Of a stretch of 24,000 nt of DNA, positions 1-7,700 are shown in pieces (the first letter of the stretch is position 1; each line of letters starts with the position of its first letter). The DNA comes from Methanofollis aquaemaris (GTDB lineage: Archaea > Halobacteriota > Methanomicrobia > Methanomicrobiales > Methanofollaceae). The stretch is from contig NZ_CP036172.1 of assembly GCF_017357525.1 (NCBI RefSeq), positions 818,561 to 842,560 of the forward strand, given 5' to 3'. The notes below the pieces were generated by a model, which ran no database searches, was not told the DNA's origin, and saw only the letters and a program-made list of their open reading frames with translations. The position numbers and the translations under genes are program-made.

Positions 1-382
1 CACCGGTGATGCCGTTCTCGGACGAGTTTACTCTGCACAACGGGGAAGAAGAAAGGTGACGGTCCACGGCGGCGCTGTCGGAGAGTGCCAGGGCAGTGTC
101 TTCAGGTTTCGCCGCCGTGCGGTGCATCTCCTCGGTGTTGTCCTGCGATGGCCCCGTGGCCTCCTTACCGGGAGATCTCCGGTGCAGATCCCTTTCCTCA
201 GGGTCGTCGCCTTCAGACGAACCGGGGGTACCGAGTTGCATCTTTTCCTTGCCGGGCGGCCGATCGGACACCTGCCTGCCGGGGAGAAGCGCTGGCGGAT
301 CAGGTGGCCGTTCGGGCTCTTCGTCAATGAAGAGGCGCTCCCGCGGTTGATCTCAGATAAAGATCAGGGGATACGGCCATGA
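1..382 (+). CDS. S26-type peptidase-like protein, C-terminal part only (5' end lies outside the window); paralog of 5810..6457
   Basis: The frame is open from position 2 to TGA at 380-382. The translation (TGDAVLGRVYSAQ...VQIPFLRVVAFRRTGGTELHLFLAGRPIGHLP...NEEALP) aligns colinearly with the C-terminal ~125 aa of the ORF at 5810..6457. The stop overlaps the next start (ATGA at 379-382). Confidence 0.7.
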   Translation, partial: TGDAVLGRVYSAQRGRRKVTVHGGAVGECQGSVFRFRRRAVHLLGVVLRWPRGLLTGRSPVQIPFLRVVAFRRTGGTELHLFLAGRPIGHLPAGEKRWRIRWPFGLFVNEEALPRLISDKDQGIRP

Positions 383-1527
383 ACCGCCGTGCCGGAACCG
401 TGCCGTCGGCCGAGGCGATCCGGGAACTCCACAGCATATACTCTCTCTGTGGCGTGCCGAGGAACGATCTCCTCTCTGTCTCTGACGATCTCCTCCTCTA
501 TCTCTCTTCGATCCTGCGGAATGAAGAGGCTTCTCCACCGGAATGCAGCCCGGAGGCATGGCGACTTCTCCTCCGCCGTCTGTCTCCGCACTGGGTGACT
601 CCGGTCCTGTACGGTTACCTCAGGTCGTGGGACCAGGCATGCCTCCCACCTGCAAAGGTCATGGAGACCGTACGCCGCGACTATCTCATCGGTAAGGTCC
701 GTTCGGTCCAGATGGACCGGCAACTCGGTGAGATCCTCACCACAGCAGAGGACCATGGGATCCGGATACTGATATTGAAGGGACCCGCTCTTGCCAGGTC
801 GGTCTACCCTGACCCCGCAATGCGGGGCGGGGGTGATCTCGACGTGCTGGTCTACCCCGACCAGGTGGAAGAGACCGAGAACCTTCTCGGGGCTCTCGGG
901 TACCGGTGCGATGATAGATTCTTTGCGGTCTCCAAAAATTATTATCATGAAGAGACATTTCTCCCGGACAAAAAAGATCTCGGGAATTTAGCAGTCGAGA
1001 TCCACTGGCGGTGTGCCCCGTCGCTGGGTTTTGTCCCTGCAGTCCCACCGGAGGAACTCTTCTCACGGGCCGTAACCGTCCATACCGATCAGTTCACCTT
1101 TGAGACTCTGGCACCGGTTGACGCTCTCCTCCATACGGCGCTGCATATGATCTTTGGCCATACCTCGAGCATCCGTCTCACCTGGATCCATGACATCGCC
1201 CTGCTTGCTCGCCAACTCAGGGTACCGGAAGAGTGGTCGGTTCTCAGGTCAGCAAGTCGGGTATGGGGAGCACGGAATACCGTCGAGGTCGCCCTCACCA
1301 TGGCACAGGCCTGGACCGGCCTCACCCTCCCGCAAGGATTTGACGACTTCGATCTATGGCCGGCGCCGTCTGAGGAGGAGGTGGCGATCTGGCCCGACCT
1401 CCTGAAAAAAGATGCGTCACTCCGCACCTCTCTCAAACTCAAACTCTCGGTGCTGCCCGACAGAAGGGAGAGGGTCTCTATGTTGGGTTATTTTGCTGGC
1501 CGGAAGTTGAAACATCGATTCAGGTGA
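379..1527 (+). CDS. Nucleotidyltransferase-fold protein (resembles Pfam PF14907 'uncharacterised nucleotidyltransferase'), copy 1
   Basis: 382-aa ORF with an ATG start coupled to the upstream stop. It carries a Pol-beta-type signature (LILKGPALARSVYPDPAMRGGGDLDVLV, i.e. G..x(n)..DxD). By eye it is ~75-80% identical over its full length to the ORF at 6450..7598. Confidence 0.75.
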   Translation: MNRRAGTVPSAEAIRELHSIYSLCGVPRNDLLSVSDDLLLYLSSILRNEEASPPECSPEAWRLLLRRLSPHWVTPVLYGYLRSWDQACLPPAKVMETVRRDYLIGKVRSVQMDRQLGEILTTAEDHGIRILILKGPALARSVYPDPAMRGGGDLDVLVYPDQVEETENLLGALGYRCDDRFFAVSKNYYHEETFLPDKKDLGNLAVEIHWRCAPSLGFVPAVPPEELFSRAVTVHTDQFTFETLAPVDALLHTALHMIFGHTSSIRLTWIHDIALLARQLRVPEEWSVLRSASRVWGARNTVEVALTMAQAWTGLTLPQGFDDFDLWPAPSEEEVAIWPDLLKKDASLRTSLKLKLSVLPDRRERVSMLGYFAGRKLKHRFR

Positions 1528-1636
1528 TCCAGATCGGTCCGGCCCGGTCGGCACCCCCTCATCTCACCGCCACCCGACCCGTCACACTCATGCTGATATA
1601 CCAGAACCACCATAGGCCCCCGCCGGGGTGAGATAG

Positions 1637-2266
1637 TTGAGAAGACCAACGGCATGTTTGATAGTATGGTGCCTGGCAGGGCTGACGATATGTGGCGTCT
1701 CCGCCATGGCCCCGCCGGCATGGATCGGGCCGGGAACGACCGTAACCTACGAGGCCGCACTGACGCCGTACTATGCGATCGACTCCGACGATCCCCTGGA
1801 GAGGTGGGTGCATTATGAAGGGACCGGAGTGTACGCCTTCTGGATCGACAGGGTCATGGAACGTGACGAGACCGGGTATTCAGGAGACTCGACGGTGATC
1901 AGCGCCTTCGATGGCAGCACCATGGTGGAGGGCGAGTGGTCGTATCAGGCGGGAGATCCGGGCATGGGCCTGTTCTGGGTTGATCTCGACGGCGTCGCCT
2001 TCAGTGCGGAGAACCTTGTCGCGGAAGGGCCGATGGAGGTCGCCGGAGAGATATGGGACGCTCAGGCCTATTATTATGCATCGATCGGAAACACCTTCGA
2101 CGTACGGTTCATCGTCGATAAAGAGAGCGGCCTCCTCCTCAGCAAGACCGAAGGGCTGACCGGTGCGGATGGCCGGATGCAACGGGCGATCTATGTCCTG
2201 CAGTCAATCGAAAACCCGCAGCCAGGGATGGGTAGGCCTGAGAACACCACCTCATGTCAGGAATGA
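1637..2266 (+). CDS. Secreted or membrane-anchored hypothetical protein (N-terminal signal-peptide-like segment)
   Basis: 209-aa ORF with a TTG start preceded by GGGGTGA (SD-like) 6 nt upstream. The N-terminus RRPTACLIVWCLAGLTICGVSA is basic then hydrophobic. I recognise no family. A truncated homolog lies at 7601..7911. Confidence 0.6.
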   Translation: MRRPTACLIVWCLAGLTICGVSAMAPPAWIGPGTTVTYEAALTPYYAIDSDDPLERWVHYEGTGVYAFWIDRVMERDETGYSGDSTVISAFDGSTMVEGEWSYQAGDPGMGLFWVDLDGVAFSAENLVAEGPMEVAGEIWDAQAYYYASIGNTFDVRFIVDKESGLLLSKTEGLTGADGRMQRAIYVLQSIENPQPGMGRPENTTSCQE

Positions 2267-2352
2267 GAAGAGACTGACTGATCCGCAGACCCTGTGGTCA
2301 TCCATCCGTAAAACTTTTTATGACACAGAACGTGATTTCGGAGACAACTGAA

Positions 2353-2373
2353 GGGCGTGTTCATGCCCTTTTT
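2353..2373 (+). terminator. Possible terminator of the 1637..2266 gene: short GC hairpin followed by T5
   Basis: GGGC(gtgttcat)GCCC followed by TTTTT at 2369-2373. A second T-run (cttttttg, ~2413-2420) lies in the same convergent intergenic gap. Confidence 0.3.
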
Positions 2374-2429
2374 CTCGATCTACCTACCATAAAGCCCCCC
2401 AATATGCGATCCTTTTTTGTGAAACCTCT

Positions 2430-4112
2430 TCAAAGGCTTACGGGTTCTCTCGTGAAGTCCAGCACAAGGGCCGGCATCCCGTGAACAGTCCTGAGATCGC
2501 ACCGGCCGCCACAGCGGGCGAACCGTCGCTGGCAGGCCCGGAGATGCGGCCAGTCGCCATGGAGAACACTGGACTGAACAGCAAGGGAAACCATTTCGCC
2601 GGTCCCGGTGGCGGAAACAGCGATCTTTTCCGCTCCCGCGGCAGTGAGACCCTCTATCACCGCGGTGAGCCCGTCACAGAGTCTTTCCGGGCGAGTCCGC
2701 ACCACAAGGGAGTCGGCGTCGTGGACAAAAGAGATGCGGACCTCTTCAAAGAGGGGGAGGTGGGCGATTCTCTGTGCAAGCGCGGACCTGAACGCGTCCT
2801 CGTCCTCAGCCGCGGCGAGAAGCGCCTCATCGAGATGTGAGGAATCGGAGAGGCGCCCGACAAACTCCGCCATCAGCGGGACGACGTCGACCGGCACCGC
2901 GGCGTCGGGAGGGTCGAAGGCGCAAACCGTATGCAGGCAATCGGTGAGCAGGCGAGAGGCCCGGCGCACCAGCGAGGTATCCGCGGCCGGGTCGTCGAGC
3001 CCCCGCCCGAAGGCTCCTTCGATCTTTGCCGCGACCTGCACCGCTTTGAGGACGAACTGAATGTCAATCTTACCACCCTCCCTGAACTCTGTGGCAAAAG
3101 CGTCGAAGTCCGTGAGAAATGCATCGATCATATCGGACTCGATGAGATGCTGGTACCGCTCCGCCTCCTCCACCTCGCCGAGGGCCTCAAGATAATAGGA
3201 GAGGTAATAGATCCTGCCCGAGATGATCGGAAACAACCGGTTTGCCTCGGCAAGCATGTCCTGCGCGTATTCGACCGACTCGCGCAGTCGATCGTTGTCG
3301 AAGTTCCCGATCGCCTTCATGCACTCCAGGTCGTCCTCAAGTTTCCCGAGGGCACGGAGGGTGTCGGGCACCGTGATCTCTCTCCCGTGCCCGTTCCAGC
3401 AGAGAGTGATCCCGCCGGCGGTCAGGATCCGGCGGACCTCTCCAGCCGAGGTGAGCAGGGCATCGGGGTTCCAGCCGTGGAGCCCTGCGACTCCAGGGTT
3501 TGCCGAGAAGAGGAGGTCGCCGAGGAAGAGGTGTTCGCCGACCCTTATGCAGACCGAGTCGGGGCTATGCCCGGGGGTGGCGTAGACTGAGATCAGGTTT
3601 CCCGACGGGAAGGTGAGGCGGTCTGCCGGGACGGCGGCATGCTCCTCATGTTCAAGGACGATCGTCTCGCCGTTTCCGAGAGACACCTCGCGTCCATCCC
3701 CATTATGGAGGCGTACATCAACCCGGAGGGGCTCGATCTCCCACTTGAAGATATCGGCGACGGTCTGCGATTCGTCTCCCGACTCAAGCGCTTCCGCCCC
3801 CTCGGCATGGGCAAAGACGACGACGCCTTTCTCCTCGATCCACGACCGGCGCCTGATCGCCTGAAGACAGTGATCGAGATGACAATGGGTGATGAAGAGA
3901 CAGACCGGACGGGGGCGTGCTGCAGTGAGGGCCTCGACCGTCGAGATAATCGTCTCCATCTGTGTTTCATCCGCGCCGGTGTCGATGATGACGATCTCGC
4001 GCTCTGTTGCGATCAGATAGGCGTTCGAACAGCAGACATCCGGTTTCCTTGTCAGGGGAAGGATGCGTGCCCCATCTGTCCCCGGGATCTCCCGCCAGTC
4101 ATTTTCTGCCAT
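2430..4112 (-). CDS. MBL-fold metallo-hydrolase fused to a long C-terminal domain of unknown function (possibly a degenerate histidine-kinase-like ATPase fold)
   Basis: The N-terminal half has the metallo-beta-lactamase motif ITHCHLDHC (HxHxDH) and later ATPGHSPDS and NGHG. The C-terminal ~280 aa are helical, ending in ...RPERLCDGLTAVIEGLTAAGAEKIAVSATGTGEMVSLAVQ...GGRCDLRTVHGMPALVLDF. The first ATG is at 4112, with GAGGAG ~12 nt upstream. The track start at 4124 is TTG. Confidence 0.7.
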   Translation of the reverse strand: MAENDWREIPGTDGARILPLTRKPDVCCSNAYLIATEREIVIIDTGADETQMETIISTVEALTAARPRPVCLFITHCHLDHCLQAIRRRSWIEEKGVVVFAHAEGAEALESGDESQTVADIFKWEIEPLRVDVRLHNGDGREVSLGNGETIVLEHEEHAAVPADRLTFPSGNLISVYATPGHSPDSVCIRVGEHLFLGDLLFSANPGVAGLHGWNPDALLTSAGEVRRILTAGGITLCWNGHGREITVPDTLRALGKLEDDLECMKAIGNFDNDRLRESVEYAQDMLAEANRLFPIISGRIYYLSYYLEALGEVEEAERYQHLIESDMIDAFLTDFDAFATEFREGGKIDIQFVLKAVQVAAKIEGAFGRGLDDPAADTSLVRRASRLLTDCLHTVCAFDPPDAAVPVDVVPLMAEFVGRLSDSSHLDEALLAAAEDEDAFRSALAQRIAHLPLFEEVRISFVHDADSLVVRTRPERLCDGLTAVIEGLTAAGAEKIAVSATGTGEMVSLAVQSSVLHGDWPHLRACQRRFARCGGRCDLRTVHGMPALVLDFTREPVSL

Positions 4113-4505
4113 CAACGCATGCAACTCCTCTGATCTTTTGTTGCTCCAGATAAACAGCGCGGTGCGGGCATATATGCCTGCCTTTCTTGTTCCGGCGCCG
4201 TCAAAAGATGCGCTATTTTAATCTGATAACTACCAGAAGCGGGGCGGCGAAACAGGGGAAAACCAAAGGGTGGCGATTGAACCGTATCTTCCGGATGCCC
4301 TGTCGCAAGGAGAGAGATCCCTCCACACTCTGAAGCACTGCTCAGAACAATGTTCATCACGTATGCTTGAACCCAAGGTTCATGCCCATTCTACAGAACC
4401 AGACCCCCTAGACTTTTGGGATAGACGCTCTTTCAAAACATCACATAGACAATTCATAATTCTTATAATTCAGAAAAGTGCCCTGAACCAAGAGACAATG
4501 GCTGA

Positions 4506-4530
4506 AAAATATTATAATAAAATATATATC
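4506..4530 (+). promoter_or_regulatory. AT-rich archaeal TATA/BRE-like promoter candidate for the small-ORF/kinase operon
   Basis: aaaatattataataaaatatatatcc sits in a ~480-bp AT-rich intergenic island between divergent genes, about 95-115 nt upstream of the ATG at 4622. A second TATA-like run (tagatatata) lies at 4598-4606. Confidence 0.35.
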
Positions 4531-4621
4531 CTACCACATCTGTGTTTGATACATCCTATTGCAACCATTTCCCCCTCCCTCAGGACACTGAAATGGTAGA
4601 TATATAGGAGAGGTGTCTTTG

Positions 4622-4792
4622 ATGAAAAAACAAACATACGAATCACCACGATTGATCGATCTCAGGGCACATGAGAAGACGATGGGATACGGTTCCCACT
4701 GCACCGGGGGGAGTGCACCCGCTGCTGTAAGATGTGACGACGGCTCATATGCCGTCGCATGTCAAAACGGCGGAGATGTAGGTCAAAATTAA
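4622..4792 (+). CDS. Small ORF (56 aa), candidate ribosomal precursor peptide: MKKQTYESPRLIDLRAHEKTMGYGSHCTGGSAPAAVRCDDGSYAVACQNGGDVGQN
   Basis: Hand-translated; below the 60-aa cutoff of the ORF track. A strong SD (GGAGAGGTG, 4607-4615) lies 6 nt before the ATG. It is on the same strand as, and 150 nt upstream of, the kinase gene. The N-terminus has a KKxxYxxPxL leader-like motif. The C-terminal part is rich in Gly/Ser/Ala/Cys (3 Cys). Confidence 0.6.
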   Translation: MKKQTYESPRLIDLRAHEKTMGYGSHCTGGSAPAAVRCDDGSYAVACQNGGDVGQN

Positions 4793-4941
4793 TTTCAGGA
4801 TATACCCGTATAGATCTGATTGAACAAGGAACGACAAGCAACAGATCCTATCCATTCCTCATGTACCGGAATCCGGGATTGAGACGGGCATACCCCCGGG
4901 AAATAGCAGAAAGATCGTGAAAGGGATCAATAGCGGTGAGC

Positions 4942-5820
4942 ATGTCCTGGAGTGAACATATCACATGGTATCCTTTCACTCTCGCGGACGAGAGTGAGTG
5001 GGCATTCGGGGCAGAGGACGAACTTTCAGACTGGATGGCCCGATTCGCAGCGGTCCTGAAACTCGAAGAAGGCCCTACAACCAACACAAGAAAGATTTTC
5101 TTCAGGCAAGACCCTCCCTACTCGCCGGGCTGGATCACTCAGGAACTCAGACATCTCAGAGTCTGGTCCCATGCCGACTGGCCCGGACATATCATCCAGA
5201 TCCCCCCCGGGCAGGAGGAGAATCCTTCAGTCGATTTCTTCAGGATGAGAGAGGCGATCGGTTTTCTCTGCACCGAACTTCTCTCTTCAGGTGCACTCCC
5301 CCTGCATGCCGCACTCCTCTCCCGCGAGAACCACGGCATCGTGATCGCCGCCCCTGGCGGGACAGGGAAATCCACCTGTGCCGCACGAGCTCCTCCGCCC
5401 TGGCGTGCACTCGGTGACGATATGACACTCGTCGTCAGGGACATGAACGGTGCATATCACGCACATCCTCTTCCCACCTGGAGTGACATTACAGTGCGAG
5501 GGTACACCGAGTGGAGTTGGGATCTGAGGAAGAGCCAACCCCTCAGAGGGGTGTATTTCCTGGAGCAAGCCGATCAAGACGGAATGGTCCCGGTCGGGCA
5601 GGGAGAAGCAACCGCAGGAATCACAGCCTCGGCCATCCAGATTATCCAACTCTACCTGTGGCATATCGATACGCCCATCGCCCGGAGATTCAGAGCGGAT
5701 ATCTTTGCAAATGCATCAAATCTCGTCTGTAAAGTCCCTGCGTTCCGTCTCAGTGCCACGCGTCATGGCCGGTTCTGGGAGGAGATCGAGCGCTCGATGG
5801 CATCTTCCGGTGGGAGGTGA
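4942..5820 (+). CDS. HPr kinase/phosphorylase-like P-loop kinase (HprK-related; resembles ScmC and lasso-cluster kinases)
   Basis: Contains the P-loop IVIAAPGGTGKSTCA followed by ALGDDMTLV (HprK C-terminal domain pattern G.SG.GKS ... DD). The ~130-aa N-terminal domain has no motif I recognise. ATG at 4942; GTG at 4936 is an alternative start. Confidence 0.7.
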   Translation: MSWSEHITWYPFTLADESEWAFGAEDELSDWMARFAAVLKLEEGPTTNTRKIFFRQDPPYSPGWITQELRHLRVWSHADWPGHIIQIPPGQEENPSVDFFRMREAIGFLCTELLSSGALPLHAALLSRENHGIVIAAPGGTGKSTCAARAPPPWRALGDDMTLVVRDMNGAYHAHPLPTWSDITVRGYTEWSWDLRKSQPLRGVYFLEQADQDGMVPVGQGEATAGITASAIQIIQLYLWHIDTPIARRFRADIFANASNLVCKVPAFRLSATRHGRFWEEIERSMASSGGR

Positions 5821-6457
5821 GCGGACGGAGCGACCCTCACACATCTTTCCGAACAGACCCGGCCTCATCACCTATGTCGGGCCGAGCATGTACCCGACGC
5901 TCAGGACCCTTGACATCATCCGCTACCGCCCCTATGATGCAGGCTGCAGGATGCGGAGAGGTGACGTGATCCTCTTCCGGCCTCCAGGACGCAATCGGAT
6001 CGTCATCCACCGCGTCGTTGCAGTCACTCATGAAGGAATACGCACCCAGGGCGACAACAATCTCTCATGCGACCCCTATCTCCTCACCTGCGATGCCGTT
6101 CTCGGACGCGTCCTCTCCGCACATAGGGAAGGGAGAGAAATAGCGGTCCGCGGCGGCGCGGCAGGGTGGTGCCGCGGCAGCGCCCTCCGTCTGCGACGCC
6201 GTGCGGTACACACCCTCGCCGTTGCCCTGCGACACCCTTGCGACGCTCTTGCCGGGAGATGCCCGATACAGATTCCTTTCCTCCGGGTCGCCGCCTTCAA
6301 GCGAACTCGCGGCACCGAACTGCACCTTCTCCTTGCCGGGCGATCGATCGGACGTCTCCCGACCGGGGAGAGGCGCTGGCTGATCAGGCGACCGTTCGGG
6401 CTCATCGTGAATGAAGAGGCGCTCCCGAGACCAAAACCAGAGGGGAACCATGAGTAA
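5810..6457 (+). CDS. Soluble S26-family (signal-peptidase-I-like, Ser/His archaeal/ER type) peptidase with an Arg-rich C-terminal extension
   Basis: Carries S26 boxes in order: GPSMYPTL (Ser nucleophile), RGDVILFRPP, IVIHRVV (His rather than Lys, as in the Sec11/archaeal type) and GDNNLSCD. There is no hydrophobic N-terminal anchor in any candidate start. The GTG at 5810 overlaps the kinase stop by 11 nt; ATG 5765 is the alternative. The ~110-aa C-terminal extension is conserved with 1..382. Confidence 0.7.
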   Translation: MGGERTERPSHIFPNRPGLITYVGPSMYPTLRTLDIIRYRPYDAGCRMRRGDVILFRPPGRNRIVIHRVVAVTHEGIRTQGDNNLSCDPYLLTCDAVLGRVLSAHREGREIAVRGGAAGWCRGSALRLRRRAVHTLAVALRHPCDALAGRCPIQIPFLRVAAFKRTRGTELHLLLAGRSIGRLPTGERRWLIRRPFGLIVNEEALPRPKPEGNHE

Positions 6458-7700
6458 CCATGCCGGTGTCCCGGACTCGACAACGGCTATCAGAGAAACT
6501 CACAACACATACTGGCTCTGTGGGAAGCCGAGAAACGATCTCCTCTCGGCGCCGGACGCACTCCTCCTCTACCTCTCTTCGGTCCTGCGGAATGAAGAGA
6601 TCCCTCCACCGGAATGCAGCCTCGAAGCATGGCGGCTTCTTCTCCGAAGCCTGTACCCGCACTGGGTAACACCGATCCTGTATGGGTATCTCAGGTCATG
6701 GGACCGGGCACATCTCCCACCTGCGGAGGTCATGGAGATCATACGCCGCGAATATCTCATCGGCAAGGTCCGTTCGGTCCAGATGGACCAGCAACTTGGT
6801 GAGATCCTGACCGCAGCAGAGGACCACGGGATCAGGATGTTGATACTGAAAGGCCCCGCCCTCGCCAGATCGATCTACTCTGACCCCGCGATGCGGGGCG
6901 GGTGTGATCTCGATCTGCTGGTCTGCCCCGATCAGGTGGAAGAGACAGAGGATCTTCTCGTGGCTCTCGGGTACCGGTGCAATAATAGAACATTTGCAGT
7001 CTCAAAGAATTTTTATCATGAAGAGATGTTTCTCCCGGACAAAAATGATTCTGGATGTTTAGCGGTCGAGATCCACTGGCGGTGCGCTCCCTCGGCGGGG
7101 TTCGTCACTGCTGTTCCACCTGAGGAACTCTTCTCACGGGCTGTAACCATCAGCACCGATAAACTCACCTTTGAAACCATGGCGCCGGTTGACGCTCTCC
7201 TCCATACAGCACTGCACATGGTCTTTGGCCACACCAGGAACATCCGCCTCACCTGGATACATGACATCGCCCTCCTCGCAGGCCAGCTCAGGATCCCGGA
7301 GGACTGGGCGGCGGTGAGGGACGCGAGTGCTACGTGGGGTGCACGGAATGCCGTCGAAGTCGGTCTCACGATGGCGGAGGTCTGGACCGGCCTCACTCTC
7401 CCGCAAGGATTCGATGACTTCGATCTCTGGCCTTCGCCATCCGAGAGGGAGGCGACGATCTGGCCCGATCTCCTGAGAAGAGACGAATCGATTCCTTCCT
7501 CTCTGAAACTCAGTCTCTCGGCGCTGCCTGACAGAAGAGAGAAGATCCATATGCTGAGGTATCTTGCCGGCCGTACGTTGAAGAATCTCTTCTGGTGATC
7601 CGGGCACGGGCCTGTTCTGGATTAAACTCGACGGTGTTGCCTTCAGTGCGGAGACCTCTGTTGCGGAAGGGTCGATGGAGCACGCCGGGGAGCGGGATCG
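6085..7700 (+). repeat. Segmental duplication, copy B, with an internal ~430-bp deletion relative to copy A
   Basis: Same gene order as copy A. Sequence equivalent to 1528-1963 of copy A is absent. The junction sits at a shared GATCC (tgatccag at 1525-1532, agatccgg at 1964-1971, tgatccgg at 7596-7603). Confidence 0.75.
6450..7598 (+). CDS. Nucleotidyltransferase-fold protein (PF14907-like), copy 2
   Basis: With ATG 6450 the product is 382 aa, the same length as copy 1, and this start overlaps the peptidase stop by 8 nt. The motif LILKGPALARSIYSDPAMRGGCDLDLLV is present. The track start at 6411 adds a non-conserved extension. Confidence 0.75.
   Translation: MSNHAGVPDSTTAIRETHNTYWLCGKPRNDLLSAPDALLLYLSSVLRNEEIPPPECSLEAWRLLLRSLYPHWVTPILYGYLRSWDRAHLPPAEVMEIIRREYLIGKVRSVQMDQQLGEILTAAEDHGIRMLILKGPALARSIYSDPAMRGGCDLDLLVCPDQVEETEDLLVALGYRCNNRTFAVSKNFYHEEMFLPDKNDSGCLAVEIHWRCAPSAGFVTAVPPEELFSRAVTISTDKLTFETMAPVDALLHTALHMVFGHTRNIRLTWIHDIALLAGQLRIPEDWAAVRDASATWGARNAVEVGLTMAEVWTGLTLPQGFDDFDLWPSPSEREATIWPDLLRRDESIPSSLKLSLSALPDRREKIHMLRYLAGRTLKNLFW

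Larger units (their letters stand above)
1..2063 (+). repeat. Segmental duplication, copy A (peptidase 3' part, nucleotidyltransferase, secreted protein)
   Basis: Colinear nucleotide and protein similarity to 6085-7700. Position 1 corresponds to ~6085. Confidence 0.8.

Noticed and set aside
4270-4599. 109-aa plus-strand ORF, and the 82-aa minus-strand ORF at 4112-4360, in the AT-rich island upstream of the small peptide.
   Set aside because: No first-position ATG or SD context. The composition is typical of translated AT-rich intergenic DNA. One overlaps the MBL gene start. A PqqD-like protein was specifically looked for here and not seen.
4622-4792. Calling the 56-aa peptide a canonical lasso peptide precursor.
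   Set aside because: The leader resembles lasso leaders. However, the putative core has no Asp/Glu at positions 7-9 for the macrolactam. No Asn-synthetase-like cyclase, transglutaminase-like B2 or PqqD-like B1 gene is present in the window.
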